Of a DNA stretch of 64,000 nt, positions 18,585 through 28,155 are shown piece after piece (position 1 is the first letter of the stretch; every line of letters begins with the position of its first letter). Source of the stretch: Bacteroidales bacterium (GTDB lineage Bacteria > Bacteroidota > Bacteroidia > Bacteroidales > B39-G9); the NCBI GenBank assembly GCA_023133485.1, contig JAGLWK010000038.1, positions 25,352-89,351 of the forward strand, read 5' to 3'. The notes below the pieces were generated by a model, which was given only the letters and a program-made list of their open reading frames with translations, searched no databases and had not been told where the DNA came from. The translations under genes and the position numbers were made by a program.

Positions 18585-19679
18585 TTAATTATTGCTGCCA
18601 ATAATTAATTCATTAAAATAATCAATATACTTTTCCTTTTGAGAATTAACGGAATATTTTTCTATTATTGTTTTTCTGCCGTTTTTCCCTAATTTTTCGC
18701 GTAATTCTTTTGATTCAATTAATAATGAAAGTTTTTCAAACCATTCTTTATCTGTTTTAGCAAGAAATCCGTTTATGCCATCTTCAATTATTTCGGTATT
18801 TATACCGATAGGTGACATAACAGTTGGAATTTCAAGAGCCATATATTGTAATCCTTTAAAGCCGCATTTTCCTTTTGACCAGTCATCGTCAGGCAAAGGC
18901 ATAATTCCAATATCAATTTCAGACAAATCGTTAATTTCAGTTGAAATATTCCATTCTGTTGAAATAAGATTTAATTCATCAACCTTGTATTGGAAATCAA
19001 CAATAATTTTAAATTTTACTTTTTCTTGATATTTACTTTTTATTTTTTTAAGAAACTGAATTGCCGATTCAAAGTGTTTTAATGTTGTTGAAGTGCCTGT
19101 CCAGCCTATACAAATAACATTATCTTTATTTTTTTTAATTATTTTTTTATGGTAGTTTATATCTATTGTTGTTGGAATGATTTTAACATTATTATTAAAT
19201 TTTTCCGCATAATTTAACAAATAATTGTTACCGGCAAAAACCATATCGGAAAGTTTAATAATTTTTGATATTTTTGATGGATTTTTAAGCCATTTCAAAT
19301 TTTCGTTTCCTTCCGAAATATCGTTTAACCAAATGGCATCATCAAAATCAAAAATAATTTTTGCTCCTGACAACTTAAATATTTTTTCAAAAAAAACAGT
19401 GCCAAGCATAAATGCCTCACGATATATGAATACAATATCGGAATTTAATGACCTGAAAAAATCAATTAACCTAATAAAAAAGCTTTTAATAACTATAAAC
19501 GATTTTAAAAAATATTTTCCTTTGCTATAAAATATTTTATCATCTTTTTCAGAAATAATATGTGAATAAATTATTTTATAATTGTTTTCTTTAAGAATAT
19601 CAAGATATTGCTCAATTCTGAACCTTTGTCCGGGTGAACGATTTTTCCTGTGTGGCACTATGAATAATATCTTTTTCAA
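18585..19679 (-). CDS. glycosyltransferase (GT1/GT4-like fold)
   Basis: C-terminal E-x7-E-like region MPLPDDDWSKGKCGFKGLQYMALEIPTVMSPIGINTEIIEDGINGFL. Confidence 0.75.
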   Translation of the reverse strand: MKKILFIVPHRKNRSPGQRFRIEQYLDILKENNYKIIYSHIISEKDDKIFYSKGKYFLKSFIVIKSFFIRLIDFFRSLNSDIVFIYREAFMLGTVFFEKIFKLSGAKIIFDFDDAIWLNDISEGNENLKWLKNPSKISKIIKLSDMVFAGNNYLLNYAEKFNNNVKIIPTTIDINYHKKIIKKNKDNVICIGWTGTSTTLKHFESAIQFLKKIKSKYQEKVKFKIIVDFQYKVDELNLISTEWNISTEINDLSEIDIGIMPLPDDDWSKGKCGFKGLQYMALEIPTVMSPIGINTEIIEDGINGFLAKTDKEWFEKLSLLIESKELREKLGKNGRKTIIEKYSVNSQKEKYIDYFNELIIGSNN

Positions 19680-19684
19680 GCTTT

Positions 19685-21010
19685 TTATTTTAGGGTGTTT
19701 TGATATACTTCAAAGTATTTTTCCATTCCATTTTTTAACGAAAAATACTGTTTTGCTAAACTAATAATTTTATTTTTATCATATTTTATAATTTCTTCAA
19801 TATTATTAATTATCCTGTCATATTCTTCAATATTAAAAGAATATATTAATTCACCTATCTTTTCTTTAGAAAATATTTCATTTATATCTCCAACATTTGC
19901 ATTACAAACTATTGGTATTCCCATTCCAAGTATTTCAGCTAATTTTGTTGGAGAAGAAGCTTTTTTTGAAAATACAGGTTTAATAAAAAACATTGATATT
20001 TTACTTAAACTAAGTAATATTGGTACTTCTTGTCGTTCAGCTTTGTAAATTAAAATATTTTCAGTTGAGATATTATTTTTTTTAGCAGATTTATATATAT
20101 ATTCATGATTTTCACCTGAAATAAATAGGAATTTGGCATTCTTTTTTGTTATTAAAAGTCTTTTAAAAAACAATAACATTTCATCAAGCATATACCATGT
20201 TCCTATTGAGCCTAAGTACGAAATAATAAAATCATCTTTTGAGATATTTAAAATGTTTTTGATTTTTTCCAATTTTCCGGATATTATATTTTCCGGATTA
20301 AATAATTTTAAATCTGCACAACAAGGAATTACATCAATTGTTGGTTTATGATTTTCAAATGTTTTCCAATTATGGATAGTTTTTTTTCCTTCTTCAGTCA
20401 GGCTAATAGTACTATTAGCAGATTTAATAAATGATATTTCCTTTTTCTTAAAAAAATTGTATGTTTTTTTGTAAATAATGTTATTTATATTCCATAGTCC
20501 GCCTTCTACTCTTTCGTCTGCCCAAAAACCACGCATATCAAAAATGAATTTTATATTAAACTTTCTTTTAAGATATTCGCCGATAAATGCAGCTATATAA
20601 CTCCTGCAATGTACTATATCAAATTTATTTCTTTTTTGTAATTTTTTAGCGAGTATTTTAATTTTATAAATATTCCATACAGTTGATATTATTGGTGGTG
20701 TTTTTGAATATTTAATATAATACCATGAAATACCTGCATTATTTAAAATATTTGAAATATTATTTTTATTATTTATAAAATTTTCTTTTTTTTCGGCACT
20801 TATAATAGAAATTAAAAAACCTTTTTTTGATAATCCTGCAAGATACGGTATCACTTGTGACTGACCAAGAAAATCGGTCATTCCATCATAAGAAATATAT
20901 AGTATTTTTTTCTTCACTAAAATAAATTTAAACAAAGATGATAAAAAAATCCAAATTTTATTTATTTTGTCATACAACAAAAGATATATAATGGAATATT
21001 TTTCATTCAT
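19685..21010 (-). CDS. glycosyltransferase family 4
   Basis: KKILYISYDGMTDFLGQSQV N-terminal GT4 pattern. The C-terminal nucleotide-sugar binding region is SSPTKLAEILGMGIPIVCNANVGD. Confidence 0.75.
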   Translation of the reverse strand: MNEKYSIIYLLLYDKINKIWIFLSSLFKFILVKKKILYISYDGMTDFLGQSQVIPYLAGLSKKGFLISIISAEKKENFINNKNNISNILNNAGISWYYIKYSKTPPIISTVWNIYKIKILAKKLQKRNKFDIVHCRSYIAAFIGEYLKRKFNIKFIFDMRGFWADERVEGGLWNINNIIYKKTYNFFKKKEISFIKSANSTISLTEEGKKTIHNWKTFENHKPTIDVIPCCADLKLFNPENIISGKLEKIKNILNISKDDFIISYLGSIGTWYMLDEMLLFFKRLLITKKNAKFLFISGENHEYIYKSAKKNNISTENILIYKAERQEVPILLSLSKISMFFIKPVFSKKASSPTKLAEILGMGIPIVCNANVGDINEIFSKEKIGELIYSFNIEEYDRIINNIEEIIKYDKNKIISLAKQYFSLKNGMEKYFEVYQNTLK

Positions 21011-22328
21011 AGATGTTTTTTTAATTCCTGTTTCTCTGATAATAATTTATTTTATTGCTGCGAACATAAAATTAAGAAAAATTGACAACAGTCCTGAATA
21101 TAGATATTATGTATGGGGACTGTTTGCTAAAATTTTCGGAGCCATAGGATTATGTATAATATATACAAAATATTATGAAGGAGGCGACACAACTGCTTAT
21201 TTTAAAAGCTCGGTTGCTTTAGGAAACCTTTTATTTAAAAGTCCGGGAACTTTTTTCTCAATATTATCAGGAAATTTATCACCTGAAAATTATTCACATT
21301 TTAACTTTTCTACAGGTTGGCCAGCTTATTATAACGACCCAACAGCATTTTCAGTGGTGCGATTTGTCAGTATTTTTACAATAATTGGGTTTAAAAGATT
21401 TTATTTAACTTCTATTATTATTGCAATAATTACTTATTCGGGAATTTGGCGTTTGTTTTTATTCTTTTGCGAAATAAAACCCAAAATAAGAACATATTTT
21501 GCTATTTCTGTTTTATTTATTCCTTCAGTTATTTTCTGGGGATCAGGTATTTTAAAAGATTCGTTTACATTAGCAGCTGCCGGCTGGTTAGTATATTGTT
21601 TTAATAATATATATACTAAAAGAAAAAAAATACCCCTAAATATATTATACTTGATATTTTCGATATATATAATATTATCTTTTAAACCTTATTTGTTTTT
21701 TTCTCTATCAATAGGAATTTTTGTCTGGATAACAATTAGCAGTTTAAATAAAATTAAAAGTACATTTTTAAAGACAATTTTTTTCCCGTTTTTGATATTT
21801 ATTATCTGGAGTTTAGGAAGTATAATTATTGGACGAGTTGGTTTTTTGATTGGTGGGGATTATTCATCAGTTCAAAATCTGATAGAAAAAGCATATATTA
21901 CACAAGATGACCTTAAAAAAGATTATTACCATGGAAATTCTTTTGACATAGGAACATTTGAGCCGACAATTCCAAGTATATCATCAAAAATACCAGCAGC
22001 AACAATTGCGGGATTATTCAGACCTTTTATATGGGAGGCAAGGAATCCTGTAATGATACTTTCAGGCATTGAAAATCTACTTTTTTTATTATTAACATTA
22101 TTTCTGTTTTTCAGATCAAACCCTATTTACTTTATTAAATCACTTTTTAAAAATCCTGTAATTACTTTTTCTTTTGTATTTTCAATATCTTTTGCTTTTG
22201 CTGTAGGTTTATCTACTTCAAATTTTGGTTCATTGGTTAGATATAAAATTCCACTTATTCCTTTTTATCTTTCAAGCCTTTTTTATATATACACAGAATA
22301 TAGGGAACGTAATAAGACTTTAATTTAA
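20967..22328 (+). CDS. polytopic membrane protein, possibly an oligosaccharide polymerase or glycosyl carrier-dependent enzyme
   Basis: At least 10 hydrophobic helices. Divergent from two glycosyltransferase genes. No motif I can name. Confidence 0.45.
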   Translation: MSYNKRYIMEYFSFIDVFLIPVSLIIIYFIAANIKLRKIDNSPEYRYYVWGLFAKIFGAIGLCIIYTKYYEGGDTTAYFKSSVALGNLLFKSPGTFFSILSGNLSPENYSHFNFSTGWPAYYNDPTAFSVVRFVSIFTIIGFKRFYLTSIIIAIITYSGIWRLFLFFCEIKPKIRTYFAISVLFIPSVIFWGSGILKDSFTLAAAGWLVYCFNNIYTKRKKIPLNILYLIFSIYIILSFKPYLFFSLSIGIFVWITISSLNKIKSTFLKTIFFPFLIFIIWSLGSIIIGRVGFLIGGDYSSVQNLIEKAYITQDDLKKDYYHGNSFDIGTFEPTIPSISSKIPAATIAGLFRPFIWEARNPVMILSGIENLLFLLLTLFLFFRSNPIYFIKSLFKNPVITFSFVFSISFAFAVGLSTSNFGSLVRYKIPLIPFYLSSLFYIYTEYRERNKTLI

Positions 22329-22399
22329 TTTTTGACATTATTGTTCAATAAATATTTATAATTTTGAAATCTTATTAATTAGTTGATACAATTTTTTTT

Positions 22400-23506
22400 A
22401 TGGGCGTTTTTCCAAATATAATTCCGATAAACGAATGGTTTTCTCAATTTAAAAGCCAGTCAATAATAATAAGTGGTCCTTGTAGTGCCGAAAGTGAAGA
22501 ACAAATACTTTCTACAGCAAAAGAAATTGATAAAATAGGAAAAGTAACTATTTTTCGTGCAGGCATTTGGAAACCAAGAACACGTCCCGAAAGCTTTGAG
22601 GGAATTGGGGAAAAAGGATTAATCTGGCTAAAAAGAGTAAAAGAAGAAACTAAACTTTTAACTATTACAGAAGTAGCAACACCTGAACATATTGAATTAT
22701 GTCTGAAGAATAATATTGATTTGCTTTGGATTGGAGCCAGAACAACTTCAAACCCTTTTTCGGTGCAGGAATTAGCTAATGCTTTAAAAGGTGTTGACAT
22801 TCCTGTTATGGTTAAAAATCCGGTTAATCCTGATATAAATTTATGGACAGGAGCTTTAGAAAGAATTTCAATGGCAGGAATAAAAAAAATAGCAGCCATT
22901 CATAGAGGTTTTTTTCCTTTTGAACAAACACCTTTACGTAATATCCCGAAATGGGAAATTCCAATTGAACTAAAAAGAAAATTTAATAATATCCCTGTAA
23001 TTTGTGATCCAAGTCACATATCAGGGACAACCGTATTCATTGAAGAAATTGCACAAAGAGCTTTAGACTTAAATATGGACGGATTAATGATAGAATCTCA
23101 TATTGATCCAAAAAATGCTTTAAGTGATACAAACCAACAGCTTACGCCGGCAGAACTGGATAATCTTTTAAACAAACTAATATTCAGGAAAGCATCTTCA
23201 AACAATAAAGAATTTGTAAATACTTTAGAACAATACCGAAACCAAATTGATTCAATTGATGCTCAAATGTTAGAGCTTTTTGCTCAAAGAATGGCTGTTA
23301 TTGAAAAAATCGGGGAATATAAAAAGAAAAATAATGTTACAATATTTCAATTAAAAAGATGGGAAAATATTTTTTCAACAAGGAATAAATTAGGAAAAAA
23401 ATTAGGTTTATCGGATGATTTTGTAAAAAAATTACTTCAAATTATTCATAAAGAATCAATTCAAAAACAAACTGAAGTTATGAAGAAAAAAACACTCAAA
23501 CACTAA
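22400..23506 (+). CDS. bifunctional 3-deoxy-7-phosphoheptulonate synthase / chorismate mutase type II
   Basis: KDO8P/DAHP synthase-like TIM barrel (ISGPCSAESEEQ, FRAGIWKPRT, DPSH). The C-terminal chorismate mutase helix bundle is RNQIDSIDAQMLELFAQRMAVIEKIGEYKK. Confidence 0.9.
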   Translation: MGVFPNIIPINEWFSQFKSQSIIISGPCSAESEEQILSTAKEIDKIGKVTIFRAGIWKPRTRPESFEGIGEKGLIWLKRVKEETKLLTITEVATPEHIELCLKNNIDLLWIGARTTSNPFSVQELANALKGVDIPVMVKNPVNPDINLWTGALERISMAGIKKIAAIHRGFFPFEQTPLRNIPKWEIPIELKRKFNNIPVICDPSHISGTTVFIEEIAQRALDLNMDGLMIESHIDPKNALSDTNQQLTPAELDNLLNKLIFRKASSNNKEFVNTLEQYRNQIDSIDAQMLELFAQRMAVIEKIGEYKKKNNVTIFQLKRWENIFSTRNKLGKKLGLSDDFVKKLLQIIHKESIQKQTEVMKKKTLKH

Positions 23507-23632
23507 TCTTTATTGTATTAATTAACAATTGAGCCATTAAGCAATGTAACAATTTGATAATAAACGCAATAGTCATCTTTATTAATAATCTGTGTTTAAC
23601 AAACAATCTTATCTCTTAATTGACATTAATTA

Positions 23633-23887
23633 TTATTCAATTTCTGTAATATTAAATTCAAAAGATTCCATAATTGGATTCGAAAGAATTTTTTCACAGG
23701 CTTCCTTTACTTTTTCTTTAGCTTTTTCTTTGTTATCAGCAAATATTTCGAGCGAAATATGTTTACCTATTCTAACATTTAAAACTGAACGGTATCCAAT
23801 ATTATGCATGCTTTGAGTAACAGCTTTACCCTGTGGGTCTAATAATGCCTTTAAAGGCATAACATCTATCTCAGCAAGATATTTCAT
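23633..23887 (-). CDS. purS: phosphoribosylformylglycinamidine synthase subunit PurS
   Basis: 84 aa with VMPLKALLDPQGKAV...GYRSVLNVRIGKHISLEI, typical of PurS. Confidence 0.85.
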   Translation of the reverse strand: MKYLAEIDVMPLKALLDPQGKAVTQSMHNIGYRSVLNVRIGKHISLEIFADNKEKAKEKVKEACEKILSNPIMESFEFNITEIE

Positions 23888-23953
23888 ATGTATATAGTTA
23901 AGTTAGTTTGTTAATAAATAGCAAATTATTCCTTTGAATAATTATACAACAAA

Positions 23954-24712
23954 TTACTTATTGTCTTTAATTATCCAATTATTAATGCCTGATAATAAAA
24001 TATATACAAAAATAATCAACGGAATAGCAATTAAATGCAATATTATTAATAAAATAACAGATATTAAAATAAAGATAAACTGAATTTTATATTTTTTAAA
24101 ATCCAAACTTTTCATTTTAAAAGAAAACATAGGAAATTCAGCAATTAAAAGTATAGAACTCAGGATTACTGAAGCAATTAAAAAATAAGGATTTAATATT
24201 ATATTATCACAAAATGAATATTCAGAATAATTTAAAATAAGAGGAAGGGAAGCAATCCATATCGCATTTGCCGGAGTTGGTAATCCAATAAATGATGTAG
24301 TTTGACGTGTATCAATGTTAAATTTTGCTAATCGAATACCTGAAAATATTGCAATAATAAAAGCCGATGATAAAAAAAGTATTTTATAAAAAGCTATTTC
24401 ATTAAAATTTAAAATTAAACTTTCAATACCCATTGACTTTTTTAATAAATGATATATTATTATTGAAGGTGCAACTCCAAAACTAATAATATCAGCTAAT
24501 GAATCAAGTTCTTTCCCTAATTCAGAATATGCATTTAATAATCTTGCACTTAGCCCGTCTAAAAAGTCAAAAATAGCAGCAATTACAATAAAATACGCAG
24601 AAAACACTAAATATCCTTCAAATGCCAATACAATTGATAAACAACCGGATAAAATATTTAATGATGTAATAAAGTTAGGTACAAAACTCAATATGTTATT
24701 TGTTTTTTTCAC
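23954..24712 (-). CDS. pssA: CDP-diacylglycerol--serine O-phosphatidyltransferase
   Basis: CDP-alcohol phosphatidyltransferase motif DFLDGLSARLLNAYSELGKELDSLADIISFGVAP in a multi-TM protein of typical length. Confidence 0.85.
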   Translation of the reverse strand: MKKTNNILSFVPNFITSLNILSGCLSIVLAFEGYLVFSAYFIVIAAIFDFLDGLSARLLNAYSELGKELDSLADIISFGVAPSIIIYHLLKKSMGIESLILNFNEIAFYKILFLSSAFIIAIFSGIRLAKFNIDTRQTTSFIGLPTPANAIWIASLPLILNYSEYSFCDNIILNPYFLIASVILSSILLIAEFPMFSFKMKSLDFKKYKIQFIFILISVILLIILHLIAIPLIIFVYILLSGINNWIIKDNK

Positions 24713-24859
24713 TTTTTTAAAATTACAACTTAATAAATTAATTCAATTTGTCCTTTAAACAATATTTGTTACAAATTTAAGTTAAAAAAGTTAGTATAAA
24801 ATAATAAAAACAAATTAGTATTTATTAAATTTAATAATTAAAAAATCATCTAATTCCTG

Positions 24860-25951
24860 ATGAAGAAAAAAATATTTATAATATTAATATATATTTTATT
24901 ATCAATACATTCGTATTCACAAGCACCAAAATACAGTAATGAATTTCTTGCAATTGGTGTTGGTGCTAGATCGCTTGCAATGGCAAATTCAACGGTTGCT
25001 TGTGTTAATGATATAACTTCAACCTACTGGAATCCTTCAGGTTTATTATTAATTTCAGATGACTGGCAAATTGGAGCTATGCACTCTGAATATTTTGCAG
25101 GTATTGCCAAATACGATTATTTTTCAGGTGCATACAGGATTAACGAAGAACGTTCATTTGGATTTTCAGTAATTCGATTTGGTGTTGATGATATTCCTAA
25201 TACTCTTGAATTAATTGATAATGACGGAAATATTCGTTACGACCGCATAAAATCATTTTCGGTTGCTGATTATGCTTTACTGTTTTCTTATGCAAGCAAA
25301 TCAAAAATTGAAGGTTTAAGATACGGAGGAAATGTAAAAATAATCAGAAGAATAGCCGGAGAGTTTGCTTCTGCATGGGGATTTGGTTTTGATGTTTCGG
25401 CACAGTACGATATGGGAAAATGGAATTTTGGTGCTATTGGGCGTGATATTACTTCAACATTCAATGCATGGAGTTTCAATACATCTGAACTTGAAGATGT
25501 TTTTATATTAACAGGAAATGAAATTCCATCTAATTCACTTGAGATTACTTTACCAAAACTAATTCTCGGTGCTGCACGTAATTTTGATATTTCAGATAAG
25601 TTCAAAGCTATTGCAGAAATTGATATTGATATTACTTCCGACAGAAAAAGAAATGTTTTAATAAAATCAAACCCTTTTAGTATTGACCCGCACATTGGTG
25701 GTGAAATTGGATATAAAAATACAGTATTTTTCAGGGCAGGAATAGGTAATATTCAAAAAGAGCCTGATTTTGATGAAAAAAATTCATTAAGTTTTCAACC
25801 AAATATAGGTATTGGAATAAAAATAGACTATCTTATTATTGATTATGCCCTTACTGACGTAGGTGATGTGTCTATTGCTTTATATTCCCATATCTTTTCA
25901 TTAAAGTATTCTATTAATAAAAAAATAGTAGCAACAAATATTGATAGGTGA
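24860..25951 (+). CDS. PorV/PorQ-family outer-membrane beta-barrel protein
   Basis: Signal peptide, then FLAIGVGARSLAMANSTVACVNDITSTYWNPSGL, the family's N-terminal signature as I recall it. Beta-strand periodicity throughout. Confidence 0.55.
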   Translation: MKKKIFIILIYILLSIHSYSQAPKYSNEFLAIGVGARSLAMANSTVACVNDITSTYWNPSGLLLISDDWQIGAMHSEYFAGIAKYDYFSGAYRINEERSFGFSVIRFGVDDIPNTLELIDNDGNIRYDRIKSFSVADYALLFSYASKSKIEGLRYGGNVKIIRRIAGEFASAWGFGFDVSAQYDMGKWNFGAIGRDITSTFNAWSFNTSELEDVFILTGNEIPSNSLEITLPKLILGAARNFDISDKFKAIAEIDIDITSDRKRNVLIKSNPFSIDPHIGGEIGYKNTVFFRAGIGNIQKEPDFDEKNSLSFQPNIGIGIKIDYLIIDYALTDVGDVSIALYSHIFSLKYSINKKIVATNIDR

Positions 25952-25987
25952 TTAATTTAATAGAATTATGCTGAAAAATTATATTTT

Positions 25988-27286
25988 CTAATGATTCTTT
26001 TTTATTAAGGATATTATTGGATTAAGTATTCTTTGTGATAATCTTAGGTTTTCAGTTATTATTTCGGCATTTCCAAACATTTCCTGGCTAAATTTCAATT
26101 GTTTTCCATAATTTGTTAATAAACCTTCAGGTAATTCTACTTCAACAAGATAAGTCTGATCATTGGGAACTAATGAAATTGAACTCACAATGCCTTTAAC
26201 CATACCATATTCCATATGCGGATAACTAATGAATTTAATATTAACAATTTGACCTGTTTTTACTTTACCCGACCCTGCTAATGGTAAATCTAACTTGCCA
26301 ATAATTTTAGTTGAATCCAAAGGTATAATTGTAAAAACATTTTCACCTGCTATAACATTTTGATTTACACTCCAATATCTGTTAAAAGTAATAATACCTT
26401 TTATAGGTGCTTTAAGCATATATTTTTGTTTCCATACAGATAATTGTGCTTTTAAATTATTGTATGACTCTGAAATAGCCATTTGCATTCTATTTTGTTC
26501 ATCGTTAAAATTTAACTCTAATTCTAATATTGATTGCTTATAATTTGCAATTTGGATTTTAGTATTAGCCAAAGTTGATTGTGAACCTTCAAAAGCATAT
26601 TGTTTTTGTAATAATACACTTTCTGAATTTTCAAATTCTACATCTGAAATTACTTTTTGTTCAAATAAATGTTTTGAGCGTTCAAAATCCTTTTTTGCTA
26701 TTTGATATTCTTTTTCAAGAATATTTCGTTGCAGGGAAAGATGATCGTAATACAAATGTGACATTGCTATCTGTTCATTAACCGATTCTATTTTTTTAGG
26801 ATAATAATTTAACTCAAACAAATTTTTATAATCAGTATAAGCTTTTAAAAATGAAGAAAAGAAAGATTGGATTTCGCCAAATTCAAAATCTTTTATCAGA
26901 AATTGTATTACTGAAGTATCGTATATGTTAATTAAAGGTTTTAACGAATCTAAAGTTTTATCAATAAAAATAATATCATTAAAATTAGCAGGATTCTCAA
27001 TAACAGCTAATAGCTGGTTGTATTGTACATTTTGAGAATCTTTAACAAAAAGATGTTCAATTCTGCCGTTTGTTTTTGCAACAAGTTCAGCAGGAGGATT
27101 TTCTGTTGTAATAATGATATTTGACTGGATTACATCAGGATATTTAAAAAACCAACTGCCAATTAGTAATACTATTATAACAACAAATATTGCACTTATC
27201 CCGGAACGAACCATCCATGAAGGAATATGCCCGAGTATTTCCTGTACTTCTTCGCTTCGTATTTCTATTTTATTTTTTTCTTCCAT
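25988..27286 (-). CDS. HlyD-family membrane fusion (adaptor) protein of the bacteriocin exporter
   Basis: N-terminal TM helix, long coiled-coil middle, C-terminal beta-barrel region. Downstream of the C39-ABC exporter on the same strand. Confidence 0.85.
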   Translation of the reverse strand: MEEKNKIEIRSEEVQEILGHIPSWMVRSGISAIFVVIIVLLIGSWFFKYPDVIQSNIIITTENPPAELVAKTNGRIEHLFVKDSQNVQYNQLLAVIENPANFNDIIFIDKTLDSLKPLINIYDTSVIQFLIKDFEFGEIQSFFSSFLKAYTDYKNLFELNYYPKKIESVNEQIAMSHLYYDHLSLQRNILEKEYQIAKKDFERSKHLFEQKVISDVEFENSESVLLQKQYAFEGSQSTLANTKIQIANYKQSILELELNFNDEQNRMQMAISESYNNLKAQLSVWKQKYMLKAPIKGIITFNRYWSVNQNVIAGENVFTIIPLDSTKIIGKLDLPLAGSGKVKTGQIVNIKFISYPHMEYGMVKGIVSSISLVPNDQTYLVEVELPEGLLTNYGKQLKFSQEMFGNAEIITENLRLSQRILNPIISLIKKNH

Positions 27287-27338
27287 AATTTGACGCAGAT
27301 ATAACTGATAAATTATGATTTGTTATAATTTTTATATT
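27285..27338. repeat. 54-nt direct repeat, copy 1 (abuts the HlyD start codon)
   Basis: ATAATTTGACGCAGATATAACTGATAAATTATGATTTGTTATAATTTTTATATT matches 27492-27545 with one mismatch. Confidence 0.85.
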
Positions 27339-27452
27339 TAGACGCAGATTAACACTGATTATTTATGATTATTTTAAAAATATCAAAATATACATTTTAA
27401 ACAAAAGCAAATCAGTGTAAATCATAAATATCATAATAAATCAGCGTCTAAT
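27337..27452. repeat. small inverted-repeat element built from GACGCAGATT/CACTGATT/TATGATT words
   Basis: Left arm is TTTAGACGCAGATTAACACTGATTATTTATGATT. Right arm is AATCAGTGTAAATCATAAATATCATAATAAATCAGCGTCTAATT. Confidence 0.7.
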
Positions 27453-27468
27453 TGACAAGTTCCAATTG
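27408..27468. repeat. 61-nt direct repeat, copy A (includes a degenerate copy of the last codons of the ABC exporter gene)
   Basis: Aligns without gaps to 28095-28155 with about 5 mismatches. CAATTGGAACTTGTCAATTAG (minus strand) mirrors the exporter terminus CAATTAGAACTTGGAAATTAG (QLELGN*). Confidence 0.8.
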
Positions 27469-27491
27469 TTTTTTTACAATCTTGATTGTTT

Positions 27492-27545
27492 ATAATTTGA
27501 CGCAGATATAACTGATAAATTATGATTTGTTATGATTTTTATATT
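27492..27545. repeat. 54-nt direct repeat, copy 2 (overlaps the GxxExxY gene stop and last codons)
   Basis: See 27285-27338. Confidence 0.85.
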
Positions 27546-27921
27546 CTTCTGTTAATACTCTTCTTTTATATTGCGGTTTTGTACCAAAATTTAATAATAA
27601 ACCTACTTCGATTTCTGTAGCTTTTAAATAATTTACTAACTGTACTTCATGTTCGGGTACAATATTTTCAACTGCTTTAAGTTCAATAATAACTTTGTTT
27701 TCAACAATAATATCAGCATAGTAATCTCCAACTAATTGTTCATTATAATAGACTCTTATTGGTTTCTGTTTTTCACAAATTAATCCAAAACTTTTCAATT
27801 CAATTAACATTGCATTTTCATAAACTTTTTCTAAAAAGCCATAACCTAATTGATTAAAAACATTAAAATAAGCTTTTAATATCTTGCTTGTTACATCTGT
27901 ATGTAAATAATTTGATTTCAT
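27520..27921 (-). CDS. GxxExxY family protein (PD-(D/E)xK nuclease-like fold)
   Basis: 133 aa. GYGFLEKVYENAM (GxxExxY), D..ADIIVENKVIIELK (D-x(n)-E-x-K), and QLVNYLKATEIEVGLLLNFG, all typical of this family. Confidence 0.85.
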   Translation of the reverse strand: MKSNYLHTDVTSKILKAYFNVFNQLGYGFLEKVYENAMLIELKSFGLICEKQKPIRVYYNEQLVGDYYADIIVENKVIIELKAVENIVPEHEVQLVNYLKATEIEVGLLLNFGTKPQYKRRVLTEEYKNHNKS

Positions 27922-27938
27922 TATTGATAATTTTTTAT

Positions 27939-28140
27939 GTTTAGACGCAAATAAACAATAATTATTTTACTTTATTTACAATAATAATCATAATTATCTT
28001 TAAAAATCAGTATATAATTTTAAGTTTGAAAAATTTTCTAAAAAGCTATAAACGAATTAATTAAAAATATTAAAAGATATCTTTAAAATAAAAACAAATC
28101 AGTGTAAATCATAAAAATCATAAAAAATCAGCGTCTAATT
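27939..28140. repeat. second inverted-repeat element of the GACGCA/AATCAGCGTC word family
   Basis: Left arm TTTAGACGCAAATAAACA begins at 27939. The right arm at 28097-28140 is almost identical to the right arm at 27409-27452. Confidence 0.65.
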
Positions 28141-28155
28141 TCCAAGTTCTAATTG
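28095..28155. repeat. 61-nt direct repeat, copy B (overlaps the true 3' end of the ABC exporter gene)
   Basis: See 27408-27468. Confidence 0.8.

Noticed and set aside
18389-18604. 71-aa ORF at the right edge of the GC-rich island
   Set aside because: Lys-rich low-complexity start. It overlaps the 3' end of the glycosyltransferase gene and the putative inverted repeat. Nothing recognisable.
20967-21010. 44-nt overlap of the 5' ends of two divergent genes (GT4 and membrane protein)
   Set aside because: Most likely start-codon over-extension by the ORF caller. The plus-strand gene has an in-frame ATG at 20991, and the GT4 homology only begins at KKILYISYDG. Not evidence of real antisense overlap.
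22444-22899. 151-aa antisense ORF inside the DAHP synthase gene. The same applies to the shadow ORFs at 497-700, 1538-1744, 1877-2062, 2503-2691, 3119-3367, 4258-4518, 4707-4907, 25288-25695, 39375-39671, 45956-46291, 49370-49561, 50704-51177, 53056-53424, 55065-55355, 58833-59039, 59166-59561, 61801-62040 and 62420-62608.
   Set aside because: Each lies entirely within a longer ORF on the other strand or in another frame that has clear family signatures. Their sequences are low-complexity (S/F/I/L-rich), as expected for the reverse frames of AT-rich genes.
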